NCBI GenBank assembly: GCA_965541615.1 | Contig: CBEUCJ010000006.1 | Span: 1 to 57,675, forward strand | Direction of reading: 5' to 3' | DNA length: 57,675 nucleotides | From: an uncultured bacterium | Lineage (GTDB): Bacteria > Omnitrophota > Gorgyraeia > Duberdicusellales > CBEUCJ01 | Shown: in pieces, positions 8,734 to 17,797 of the stretch | Layout: each line of letters begins with the position of its first letter | Position numbering within the stretch: position 1 is the stretch's first letter | Notes under the pieces: model-generated | The model's input: the letters and a program-made list of their open reading frames with translations, nothing else | Databases searched by the model: none | Told to the model about the DNA's origin: nothing | Program-made: the position numbers and the translations under genes

Positions 8734-9927
8734 ATGGAAGAAGAGGTAAGAGAAAGAGCTTTTAAGAATATACTTATCTTAGAAGCAATAAGAAGAAAAG
8801 GCCCTTTAAGCAAAACAGACATATCCAAACTCACAGGAATAAATCCTGTAACGATTTCCAATTACATAGAAAGATTTTTAGAAAGGAATTTAGTTTTGAA
8901 AAAAGAGTTAGATATCTCAAGAGGAGGAAGAAGACCTTTACTATTAGATTTAAATCCTCAGGCAGGATATGCTATAGGAGTAGGAATTAATCTTTTTGGC
9001 GTAGTGGGAGTAGTTACTGATTTAGAAGGTAAGATAGTTTATAGTACAAAATTTGAAGCTGAAAGAGTTTCTTTTAAAGATGTAGAAAATTTCATAGAAA
9101 AAATAATTGAAAAGATTATTGAAGATAATTTTCAAATAAAAGAAAAAATAAAAGGCATTGGCATAGGCATAGGAGGAGTTATAGATAAAGAGCAAGGTTT
9201 AATTAAATGGCCGGAAAAGAAAAATCAAGAATATGTTTATGTTCCTGTGCCAATCTCTTTAAAATCTATGGAAAGAAAATGGAACTTGCCTGTACTTATT
9301 GAGAATGATGCTACTGCTGCTTGCTTTGCTGAATACTGGTTAGGGTTACCTTTTGGCATAAAGAATGTTATTTATATGTTTTCAGGTGTCGGAGTAGGTT
9401 TTATATTAAATGGAGAGTTATATACAGGAACTACAGGTTGTGCAGGAGAAGTCTCTGTTTATAACTCTTTAGAAGATAATTTATTTAACTGCGAGTTTGC
9501 AAACAATTGTTTTATAAAAAGATGGGAAAAAGATTTAGGGATTTTAGAAGAAGTAAAAAAAAGATGCTACAAAAAGAGAATAAAGTATTTAGGAGAGAAA
9601 AAGGTAGAAGATTTAACTTTGAGAGAAGTCTTTGAATTAGCTAAAGAAGAAAGCTTAATACAGGAAGTTTTAGAGGAAGCAGGTAAAAGATTAGGAATAA
9701 AAATAGCTTTTTTAGTTAATTTATTGAATCCAGAGATAGTAGTAATTGGTGGAGGGATTGAGTATGCAGGTGAAATATTTATTAATTCTGTAAGGACTAC
9801 TGTAAAAGCTTGGACATTTGAAGAAATTAACAGACCTCTTAAGATAGTCCCCTCTTTTTTAGGAGAAGAGTCAGTAGCTTTAGGTGGAGCTTCGTTAGTT
9901 GTGAGGAAAGTATTTTCTAAACTATAA
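8734..9927 (+). CDS. ROK-family transcriptional regulator (NagC/XylR-like)
   Basis: N-terminal winged HTH (ILEAIRRKGPLSKTDISKLTGINPVTISNYIERFLERNLV) followed by a ROK sugar-kinase-like fold (ENDATAACFAEYW, GCAGE). The ORF is open from TTG 8725; ATG 8734 is preferred. Confidence 0.85.
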   Translation: MEEEVRERAFKNILILEAIRRKGPLSKTDISKLTGINPVTISNYIERFLERNLVLKKELDISRGGRRPLLLDLNPQAGYAIGVGINLFGVVGVVTDLEGKIVYSTKFEAERVSFKDVENFIEKIIEKIIEDNFQIKEKIKGIGIGIGGVIDKEQGLIKWPEKKNQEYVYVPVPISLKSMERKWNLPVLIENDATAACFAEYWLGLPFGIKNVIYMFSGVGVGFILNGELYTGTTGCAGEVSVYNSLEDNLFNCEFANNCFIKRWEKDLGILEEVKKRCYKKRIKYLGEKKVEDLTLREVFELAKEESLIQEVLEEAGKRLGIKIAFLVNLLNPEIVVIGGGIEYAGEIFINSVRTTVKAWTFEEINRPLKIVPSFLGEESVALGGASLVVRKVFSKL

Positions 9928-9950
9928 ACTATTTTAGGAGGAGGTAAGAT

Positions 9951-11108
9951 ATGGATGATAAAGGAAAAATATTAATTATAATTTTGTGTTTACTTTTAAT
10001 TGGAAGTGGATACTTGTCTTATTACTTTTACTCTGAGTTTAAAAAAATCTCCTTAGATTTTGAAATAGCTAAAAAAGAATGGAAGAAAGAAAAACAGGAA
10101 TATGTAAGAGAACTTTCTTCTTACAGAGAAAAGGAAAAAAATTACAGATTAAGATTATCAGCTATGGAAGAGGAGTTAGAAAAGATAAAGCAAGAGAAAA
10201 AAGAGTTAGAATACAAGTATGAGACAGTTTCAAGGGAAAAAGAGATTCTTTTAGAAAAGTTGAAAGAACTGAGAATAAAATTGAGGACAAAACCTTCTGT
10301 TAAAGAAGCAAAACCTAAAGAACCTATACCTAAAGATGTTTTTTGGGCAAAGGTTTTAAAAGAAAGAGCTACGTTTAAAGCAAAAGTAGAAGATTTAGAA
10401 GAAAAGATAAAGGAATTAAGGAAAGTTAAAGAGAAAATGGAAGAAGAGAAAAAGGCTTTAGAGTTTGAATTAAAAAATAAACAAAATAAGATAGCAGAGT
10501 TGCAAAGTAAAATAAAGTTCAACGAAAGGACGATAGAAATTTTATCTCAAGAATTATATAAAGAAAAAGAAGATAAAAGAAATTTAACTGAGCAAATAGA
10601 AAAGTTTAGAAAAGATAACTTGCAGTTAATGAGAGAGGTTAAAAGATTAGAGGGTGAAAAAGAAAGGTTAGAAGAATCTTTGAATTCTCTAAAAAAAGAA
10701 AATGCAGAACTTTCAAAGAGAATAGAGAAAATGCAGAGAGCAATTAAAGAGAAAACTGCCCAGTTGATGGAGTTAATAGAAAAGATAGAAGGAAAAAAAC
10801 CAAAAGCCCAAAAAAATGAAACAAAAGAAGTTCAACTTCCCCCAATAATTATTACTCCACAAACAGAAGCTTTAGCACAAAAAGGATTGGAGGCCAAAAT
10901 AATTGCAGTGAATACAGAAAATAATTTTGTAATAATAGATGCAGGTGAAAAACAAGGATTAACTGCAGGTATGAGGTTAGGAGTTTACCGAGAAGGTGTA
11001 AAGATTGCAGATTTAGAGGTGATAGAAACAAGAGCTGAAATTGCAGCCTGTGATATTTTGCAAGTAAAACCAGGTCTGGAGTTAAATGTTGGTGATGTAG
11101 TAAGGTGA
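9951..11108 (+). CDS. Membrane-anchored coiled-coil protein with a small C-terminal beta-rich domain (function unknown)
   Basis: One N-terminal TM segment (ILIIILCLLLIGSGYLSYYFY), about 270 aa of K/E-rich heptad-like sequence, and a C-terminal ~75-aa domain (AKIIAVNTENNFVIIDAGEKQGLTAGMRLGVY...GDVV). RBS GGAGG lies upstream of ATG 9951. Confidence 0.6.
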   Translation: MDDKGKILIIILCLLLIGSGYLSYYFYSEFKKISLDFEIAKKEWKKEKQEYVRELSSYREKEKNYRLRLSAMEEELEKIKQEKKELEYKYETVSREKEILLEKLKELRIKLRTKPSVKEAKPKEPIPKDVFWAKVLKERATFKAKVEDLEEKIKELRKVKEKMEEEKKALEFELKNKQNKIAELQSKIKFNERTIEILSQELYKEKEDKRNLTEQIEKFRKDNLQLMREVKRLEGEKERLEESLNSLKKENAELSKRIEKMQRAIKEKTAQLMELIEKIEGKKPKAQKNETKEVQLPPIIITPQTEALAQKGLEAKIIAVNTENNFVIIDAGEKQGLTAGMRLGVYREGVKIADLEVIETRAEIAACDILQVKPGLELNVGDVVR

Positions 11109-12106
11109 AAAGAATTACGATCACCGATGTTGCTAAGGAAGCAGGTGTCTCAATAGCTACAGTATCAAGAGTCTTAAATGATTCTCCTTATGTAAGAGAA
11201 GAGGTTAGAAAAAGAGTTTTAGATGCAATTAAAAAATTAAATTATCAGCCCTCCTTATTTGCTCGTAGTTTAGCAGGGAAAAAAGTAAAAGCTATAGGAT
11301 TGGTAATTCCTGCATATGAAGGTCTTTTTTACTCTTATTATGGAAATGAGATCATAAAAAATGTAGGTACTATCTGCACTGAGTTAGGATTTGATCTTTT
11401 TTTACACATAGCTTCACCTAAAAAAAGTATAAATTTTTCTCTTTTGCAAGGAGTTATATTTGCAGATATAATTGAGAATGAATACCAGTTAAAAGAATGC
11501 TTAGAAAGAGAGATTCCTTGTGTAGTAATAAACCATTCTTTTAAAGATTTAGATGTAAATTTTATTGCTATTGAAAATCAAAAAGCTTCATTTGAAGCAG
11601 TCTCTTATTTAATAAGTTTAGGGCATAAAAGGATAGCTCATATTGCAGGAGATTTAAGAACCCAATGTGCTCAGGAAAGATTAGAGGGTTATAAGAAGGC
11701 TTTAGAAAAAGCAAAAATAAAGATAGATGAAGATTTGATAAAAATAGGTAATTTTTCTAAGATTTTAGCCAGGCGCGCTACAGAAGAACTTTTAAGACTT
11801 AAAAACAGACCCACAGCTATTTTCTGTGCTTCTGATGAGATGGCTCAAGAATGTATGTATGTAATCCTTGAACATAGATTAAAGATTCCAGAAGATATTT
11901 CATTAATAGGATTTGATGATAATCCTTTATGTTTGATGACTCCAGTAGCACTTTCTACTGTAAGACAACCTTTGAGTGAGATGGCAAGAAAGAGTGTAGA
12001 GATTTTAAGTTCTATAATTTATGAAGAAAAGAAATCTCAATCAAAAAAGAAAATATATCTTCCTGCTAAGCTGATTATAAGAGATTCTTGCGATTTTGTT
12101 TCTTAG
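11105..12106 (+). CDS. LacI-family transcriptional regulator
   Basis: Canonical LacI/PurR HTH (ITITDVAKEAGVSIATVSRVLNDSPYVREEVRKRVLDAIKKLNYQPSLFARSL) plus a periplasmic-binding-protein-like core. GTGA overlap with the upstream gene. Confidence 0.9.
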   Translation: MKRITITDVAKEAGVSIATVSRVLNDSPYVREEVRKRVLDAIKKLNYQPSLFARSLAGKKVKAIGLVIPAYEGLFYSYYGNEIIKNVGTICTELGFDLFLHIASPKKSINFSLLQGVIFADIIENEYQLKECLEREIPCVVINHSFKDLDVNFIAIENQKASFEAVSYLISLGHKRIAHIAGDLRTQCAQERLEGYKKALEKAKIKIDEDLIKIGNFSKILARRATEELLRLKNRPTAIFCASDEMAQECMYVILEHRLKIPEDISLIGFDDNPLCLMTPVALSTVRQPLSEMARKSVEILSSIIYEEKKSQSKKKIYLPAKLIIRDSCDFVS

Positions 12107-12129
12107 AATTTACTTTCTTTTTGCATACC

Positions 12130-12158
12130 TTGACTTTAAAAATTATGTAGTATACAAT
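12130..12158 (+). promoter_or_regulatory. Putative sigma70-type promoter for the GGDEF / pilus-ATPase operon
   Basis: TTGACT (12130-12135), a 17-nt spacer, then TACAAT (12153-12158), ending 14 nt before ATG 12172. Confidence 0.4.
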
Positions 12159-12171
12159 TTAAGAAATAAAA

Positions 12172-15100
12172 ATGGAAGAAAAAGAAAATTTAAAAGAAAG
12201 TATTATTACTATAGACCCTCTTACTAAACTCTACACACGTTATTTTATTTATCATAATTTCCCAAAAATTCTTGAAGAAGCAAAGAATTTTGAAAAAAAG
12301 ATAGCAGTAGTTATGTTAGATATAGATAATTTTAAAAGTGTAAATGACACTTATGGTCATCTAAAAGGAGATGAAGTATTAAAAAAAGTAGCTGAAGTAT
12401 TAAAAAGGTCTGTAAGAGAAAAAGATATTTTAGTAAGATATGCAGGAGATGAATTTTTGGTGATTCTTAATGATGTAGATGAGAGAATAAGTAAAAATGT
12501 GGCTCAAAGAATAATAAAAGAGATAAGTAAAATCTCTATTGAAAAGATAAAAATCACTGTAAGTGCAGGTTTAGCTATATATCCTCAAGATGGTCAAACT
12601 CTTCAAGATTTACTCGATAAAGCAGATAAGGCTTTGTATCTTTCTAAAGAAAAAGGTAAAAACAGATTATCTTTAGCTCAAGAAGTCATCCAAGAGGCAA
12701 TAAGTATACAGGAAGCTTTAAAACTATTTCCTACTAAAAGATTTATAAATAGAACCCAACAATTAGAGTTTCTTAAAAAAAGACTCTCTGATACTTTGGG
12801 TGAAAAAATGTCTTTAGTTATAATTAAAGGAAAAGTTGGTATAGGAAAGACAAGACTTCTTAATGAATTTGAAAGATATGCTAAAGATTTACAGATAATA
12901 TCTTTAAAAAACATAGCTCAAGAAAGAAAAATGCTTCAGCCTTATTATACTCTTTCACAAGGATTAGAAGAATTTTTGCAAAACAATGAAGTTTTTTTAT
13001 CTGCATTAACTGCATCTTTACCACCAAAAGAAGTGCAAGCATTAGCTAAGTTATTACCTTCTTTTAAAAAACTCATAAAAGAAAGCCTTCAAGAAGAAAC
13101 AGAGGAAACCAGATTAAATATTTTTAAAGGCTTTAGAGATATATTCGTTCAATTCTCACAGTTTCAAGGACTTTTATTGTGTTTTGATGATGTTCAGTGG
13201 TTAGATGAAGCAACTCTTAGATTATTGAGTTATTTTATCGATAATGAATTTATTAGAAAGATAATGGTATGTTGCACTCTATCAGAAGAGGAACTAAAAG
13301 AGCATGCTCCTTTTAAAAAGTTTTTGAAATCACCTAAAAAGAATATAAATTTTGACATAATAGAATTACCACCTTTTGGATTAGAAGAGACCAAAGAAAT
13401 GATTTGCTCCATTTTTCCACAGATAACTGCTTCTGAAGAATTTTACAATTCTATATTTGAAATTACAGGAGGAAACCCTCTGTTTATAGAAGAGATGCTT
13501 AAATATCTAATAGAGAGTGGAGTAATTTTTTATAAAGATAAAAGATGGCAGATTCACAAGATTTCAAAAGAAGAAATTCCCTCTTCTTTAGAAGAAGTTT
13601 TAAAAAGAAGATTTAGGAAATTAGATCCTGAGACAAAGGAATTTTTAGCACAAGCAGTAGTTATTGGAAAAGATTTCCAGTTAGATTTTTTAAGGCACAT
13701 GGTAAAAAAAGATTTAGGTTTTCTTTTTGAATTAATAGATAGAGCTAAGAGAAGAGGTTTTATTGAGGCAAAAAAATTAAATACTTTTGATTTCTTAAAT
13801 CCTTTTTTACAAAAAGTTATTTATGAAGAGCTGAGCCCTTCTGAAAAGATATCTTTGCATAAGAAAATAACCCAAGCTATAGAAGAAGTCTATAAAAAAG
13901 AACCTCCTCCTCAAGACTTTTTGCAAGAGTTAACTTATCATTATGAAAAAATAGGAGATACTTCTAAATTGCACAAATATAAAACTCAGATAGAAAAGGA
14001 GATTTCAAAAATATTTGATCCAACTGAGATAACTTCTTATCTAGAAGAAATGACGACTGAAATTTCTACTGAAGAGACACCAGCTGAAGTGAAGATAAGA
14101 AAAATAGAAAAGAAAATAAAAGAAGAAGACTTTGAAAAGATAGCAGAATTCTTAAGATGGGTTTCAGCTGCTTTAAGAAATATTATTCTATATCCTGAAG
14201 GAAATCAGATTAGAGAATATTCTATCAAAAGAGCACATTCTGGCTTGATAGATATCTTTAATATTAATAAAGAGATTTCAAGTTTAACTTTTAATGAGGT
14301 AGAAGGAATACTTATCGTAAATGGTCATAGATTGCCTTCTCATTATGAAAAAGCTTTTTTTATTCAAAACTTTATTTCAACTTTGATAGAAAAAGAGATA
14401 AAAGGAGTCCAGTTTTTACCTGAATTAGAAGAAAAAGAATTAAGCGCATTTTTAGTTTTACTTTCTCAAAAAAGAGAAGATTTGAAAAAGAAAGGAGGTA
14501 TAGGTCAAATTTTGAAAGAAAAAGGAATAAAGAATATAAAAGTAGATACAGCTCGTTATGAGAGAGTGGCTACTCAACAGAGATTCCAGCCATTAGAAGA
14601 AAATATTATGAAATTTGCTCTTTTAGATATTCTTTCAGGAGAAAAAAAACAAAAGAGCGCAGAGACTTTAATTACATGGTTAAGTAAGTCTCCTCAAATC
14701 TTAGCTCAAAAACTTACTGAAATAGCAAGAGATTTTGTTCTAAAAAAATCAGGTAAAGTTGATTTTATTGAAGAGGCAAAGGTTGTTAGTGATTTTATTC
14801 AAAAGGTAGAAAAAATAGTTTCTGAAAGAGCTCCTCATTTTAAGGAAAGTTTAGTTAAGATGGTCTCTCATTTAGATAGTACTCTAAAAAGTTATTTAAT
14901 TTCTCAAAAAAGCTCTCCTTTACAAAAAGAAAAAGAAATGTTAGAGAAAATAGTAAATAACCTTTCAAATGAAGAGATAGTAGAGATGATAATCAATGCT
15001 TCAAGAGCAGGGAAAGATTCTCTTTTGCATATGCGAGAACTTTTTGAAAAGTTTACTTCATTAAAAGGAAGAAGAGAAGAGATAGCTTCTCTTTTGAAAA

Positions 15101-16173
15101 AGAGATTAAGTAAAATAGGATTAAGTGAAGGTGAAATTTCTTTTGTTATTCAAAAAGATTATAGCACATTAAGTTTAAAAGAAAAGGTAGATACCCTTTT
15201 AAAACTTCCACCTTCAGGATACTCTTCTTTGGGAATAGAAAATATAAGAGAACTTTTAAATAATTTGATAAAGAGTTCTCAAAAAGAAGCTTTAGAAAAA
15301 ATTATAGATAAATTCTTGTTTTATTTAAAACAAAGTGAATCTTCAGAAAAAGAAACTGTTTTCACAGTCTTAAACAACTTTTTAGAATCTACACCTTTAG
15401 AAGAGACACAAATAGACCCATATATAGCCAAAATAATCTCATCTTTAAAAGATGAAATATTAAATTTGGAATCTCCTTTTTATGAACACACACTTAAAAT
15501 TTTAGATTTAGTTATAAAATGGTGTTATAAAAGTGCTGTTACTTCTTTAAGCAAGGAAAGATACATAATCCATTTAAGATTTTCTTATCTTAATGAGTTA
15601 GTTGAATGTATTCACAAAGCTTTAAATAAAGAAAGCACTAATTTTAAAGTAGAAAGAAATAAAGAAAAATTAAGATTATTTGTTTTTAAACTTTTAGATA
15701 GTGATTTAGTAGAGACATTAATCTTTGAATTAGCCGATCCCTCTTTAGAACATACAGAAATAATTGAAAATATATTAGTTAAGCTTGGAGAACCTGCATT
15801 GAAAAAAATAATCTCTGTTATTGTATCTAAAACTGACTTTACTTTTGAAGGTTACATTTATCGTAAAAAAATAAGTTATGTTTTAAAAAAGATGGGAAAA
15901 AAAGCAGCTCAGGAACTAAAAAGAGCTTTGCTTTCTGAAAAAGAAATTCCTAAATTAATTCGTTTAATCGAGATAGTAGGTTTCTTACAAGACAAAGATT
16001 TTGTAGATGTCTTAGCTGAATTTAGCAAACACCCTGATTATGAAGTCAAAAAAACAGTTATTTCAGCTTTAGCAGAAATAGGAGGTTCTGAAGCTGAGAA
16101 GATTCTTTCTGAAATGAGCAGAAGTTCTGATGTGAGAATTAGTAGGTTAGCTGCAGAAAAGATTAAAAAGTGA
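12172..16173 (+). CDS. Multidomain signalling protein: GGDEF (AGDEF variant) diguanylate cyclase domain, AAA_16/STAND-type ATPase, long helical region, C-terminal HEAT repeats
   Basis: GGDEF domain in aa ~15-170, with the active-site motif RYAGDEF at nt 12442-12456 and the I-site-like REKD five residues upstream. Walker A GKVGIGKT (nt 12829-12852). Walker B-like LLLCFDDVQWLDEATLRLL. C-terminal HEAT-like repeats (PDYEVKKTVISALAEIGG..., SSDVRISRLAAEKI). Confidence 0.8.
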   Translation: MEEKENLKESIITIDPLTKLYTRYFIYHNFPKILEEAKNFEKKIAVVMLDIDNFKSVNDTYGHLKGDEVLKKVAEVLKRSVREKDILVRYAGDEFLVILNDVDERISKNVAQRIIKEISKISIEKIKITVSAGLAIYPQDGQTLQDLLDKADKALYLSKEKGKNRLSLAQEVIQEAISIQEALKLFPTKRFINRTQQLEFLKKRLSDTLGEKMSLVIIKGKVGIGKTRLLNEFERYAKDLQIISLKNIAQERKMLQPYYTLSQGLEEFLQNNEVFLSALTASLPPKEVQALAKLLPSFKKLIKESLQEETEETRLNIFKGFRDIFVQFSQFQGLLLCFDDVQWLDEATLRLLSYFIDNEFIRKIMVCCTLSEEELKEHAPFKKFLKSPKKNINFDIIELPPFGLEETKEMICSIFPQITASEEFYNSIFEITGGNPLFIEEMLKYLIESGVIFYKDKRWQIHKISKEEIPSSLEEVLKRRFRKLDPETKEFLAQAVVIGKDFQLDFLRHMVKKDLGFLFELIDRAKRRGFIEAKKLNTFDFLNPFLQKVIYEELSPSEKISLHKKITQAIEEVYKKEPPPQDFLQELTYHYEKIGDTSKLHKYKTQIEKEISKIFDPTEITSYLEEMTTEISTEETPAEVKIRKIEKKIKEEDFEKIAEFLRWVSAALRNIILYPEGNQIREYSIKRAHSGLIDIFNINKEISSLTFNEVEGILIVNGHRLPSHYEKAFFIQNFISTLIEKEIKGVQFLPELEEKELSAFLVLLSQKREDLKKKGGIGQILKEKGIKNIKVDTARYERVATQQRFQPLEENIMKFALLDILSGEKKQKSAETLITWLSKSPQILAQKLTEIARDFVLKKSGKVDFIEEAKVVSDFIQKVEKIVSERAPHFKESLVKMVSHLDSTLKSYLISQKSSPLQKEKEMLEKIVNNLSNEEIVEMIINASRAGKDSLLHMRELFEKFTSLKGRREEIASLLKKRLSKIGLSEGEISFVIQKDYSTLSLKEKVDTLLKLPPSGYSSLGIENIRELLNNLIKSSQKEALEKIIDKFLFYLKQSESSEKETVFTVLNNFLESTPLEETQIDPYIAKIISSLKDEILNLESPFYEHTLKILDLVIKWCYKSAVTSLSKERYIIHLRFSYLNELVECIHKALNKESTNFKVERNKEKLRLFVFKLLDSDLVETLIFELADPSLEHTEIIENILVKLGEPALKKIISVIVSKTDFTFEGYIYRKKISYVLKKMGKKAAQELKRALLSEKEIPKLIRLIEIVGFLQDKDFVDVLAEFSKHPDYEVKKTVISALAEIGGSEAEKILSEMSRSSDVRISRLAAEKIKK

Positions 16174-16598
16174 GAAAAAAATTAAAATTAGGTGAGATTT
16201 TGTTGGAAGCAACTTCTTTAACCAAAGATCAATTAAAAGAAGCTCTCTATCTTCAAGCAAAAGAAAATATCTCTAAACCTTTAGGTGAGATTTTGGTAGA
16301 AAAAGGATATGTAAGTAAAGAAGATGTGGAGTTAGCTTTAGGAATTCAAGAAGGATACCCTTTTATTTCGGTAAAAAATTATAATTTAATTCCAGATGTA
16401 GTTAAAAAGGTTCCCAAAGAAGTAGCTTTAAGATATTTTATTTTGCCTTTGGATTTAATAGATAATATAATGACAGTAGCTGTACCTTCTATTTCTGAAG
16501 AGATTTTAAATAAAATTGAGGAGTTAGGTTTTAAAGTTAGAATTTTTTTAGGTAGGAAAGAAGAAATAAAAGAAGCTTTAAAAAAGTACTTTGACTGA
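16170..16598 (+). CDS. Stand-alone T2SSE_N / MshEN-type domain protein (predicted c-di-GMP receptor)
   Basis: Residues 6-29 (KLGEILLEATSLTKDQLKEALYLQ) and 37-60 (PLGEILVEKGYVSKEDVELALGIQ) match the tandem 24-residue MshEN motif. The remainder resembles the GspE/PilB N1 domain. GTGA overlap with the GGDEF gene. Confidence 0.75.
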   Translation: MRKKLKLGEILLEATSLTKDQLKEALYLQAKENISKPLGEILVEKGYVSKEDVELALGIQEGYPFISVKNYNLIPDVVKKVPKEVALRYFILPLDLIDNIMTVAVPSISEEILNKIEELGFKVRIFLGRKEEIKEALKKYFD

Positions 16599-17784
16599 AA
16601 GATTTAAACAAACTTCAATAGTAGATCTTACTCACCATCTTCTTGTTGAAGGAGTCAATAAAAGAGCAAGTGATATTTTAATTGAACCTTTAGATGATGA
16701 GTTACAAATAAGGTTTCGTATAGATGGTGTGCTTTCTAAATTTGCATCTTTGCCTTCTGAAATGCATTCAAAAATAATTACCAGAATAAAAGTAATGGCA
16801 GGTTTAGATATTTCTGAAAAAAGATTACCTCAAGATGGTAGTTTTAAAATGAAATTTCCAGGAAAAGAAGTAGATTTCAGAGTCTCAGTAGTTCCTTCAA
16901 GATTAGGAGAAAGAGTGGTCTTAAGAGTCTTGGATAAAGGAAGGCTTATTTTAGATATTAATAAATTAGGTTTAGATCCTTATTCTTTAACTTCTCTTAA
17001 AGAGAGTTTATTAAGACCTTATGGAATAATTTTAATATGTGGTCCTACAGGTTCTGGGAAGACTACAACTTTATATGCTTCCATAAAATATATTGATTCT
17101 GTAGAAAAAAATATTGTAACAGTAGAAGACCCTGTAGAATACCAACTCTATGGTATAAATCAGGTTCAGATAAATGAAGAGATAGGCTTAACTTTTCCTG
17201 CAGTTTTACGTTCTATTTTAAGACAAGACCCAGATGTAATCCTGGTAGGTGAAATTAGAGATTCTGAAACTGCTGAAATTGCTGTAAGAGCTGCTTTAAC
17301 AGGACATTTGGTTTTAAGCACTCTTCATACGACTACAGCCACAGGTGGAGTTATCAGACTGATAAATATGGGAATAGAACCTTATTTAATAAGTTCATCT
17401 TGCCTTTTAATAGCTTCGCAAAATTTAGTCAGATTATTATGTCCAGATTGTAAAAAGCCTCAACCTCTTCCAAAAGTAATTTCAGTTCAATTAGAGCAAT
17501 ATGGATACAAAAAAGAAGAGATCCCAGAAATAATTTACACAGCTAAAGGTTGCGAGAAATGTAATAATACTGGTTACTTTGGTAGAAGAGCTATTATGGA
17601 AGCTCTGATGTTATCTCCTGAAATTAGAGAATTAATAGAAAAAAATGCTCCTGAAAGAGAAATCAGAAAGAAAGCAAGGATGCAAGGAATGAGGAGCTTG
17701 AGAGAAAGAGGATATGAACTCTTAATGAAAGGTTTGACTTCTTTAGAGGAGGTAATAAGAGTAACTTCTGCTCAAGAAGTTTAA
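16591..17784 (+). CDS. PilB/GspE-family secretion ATPase lacking the N-terminal (N1/MshEN) domain
   Basis: Walker A GPTGSGKTT, Asp box, Walker B (DPDVILVGEIRD), His box (TGHLVLSTLHT) and the tetracysteine motif CPDC...GCEKC, which is typical of PilB/GspE and not of PilT. TTG start overlaps the stop of the MshEN ORF by 8 nt. Confidence 0.85.
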   Translation: MTERFKQTSIVDLTHHLLVEGVNKRASDILIEPLDDELQIRFRIDGVLSKFASLPSEMHSKIITRIKVMAGLDISEKRLPQDGSFKMKFPGKEVDFRVSVVPSRLGERVVLRVLDKGRLILDINKLGLDPYSLTSLKESLLRPYGIILICGPTGSGKTTTLYASIKYIDSVEKNIVTVEDPVEYQLYGINQVQINEEIGLTFPAVLRSILRQDPDVILVGEIRDSETAEIAVRAALTGHLVLSTLHTTTATGGVIRLINMGIEPYLISSSCLLIASQNLVRLLCPDCKKPQPLPKVISVQLEQYGYKKEEIPEIIYTAKGCEKCNNTGYFGRRAIMEALMLSPEIRELIEKNAPEREIRKKARMQGMRSLRERGYELLMKGLTSLEEVIRVTSAQEV

Positions 17785-17797
17785 AATAGTTTTTAAG

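Noticed and set aside
8243-8861. ORFs 8243..8716 (157 aa, Lys-rich) and 8610..8861 (83 aa) on the minus strand, upstream of the transposase.
   Set aside because: Low-complexity translation. They overlap the IS end and the ROK gene start. The corresponding region in the second IS copy is conserved as DNA, but the ORF is not maintained.
16580-16586. A dnaX-like slippery heptamer (A AAA AAG, in the zero frame) at the end of the MshEN ORF as a -1 frameshift site fusing it to the ATPase ORF.
   Set aside because: The -1 frame hits a stop after two codons (GTA CTT TGA). The ATPase ORF is in the +1 frame, so a dnaX-type -1 shift cannot join them. A homopolymer length change remains possible and is reported as a finding.
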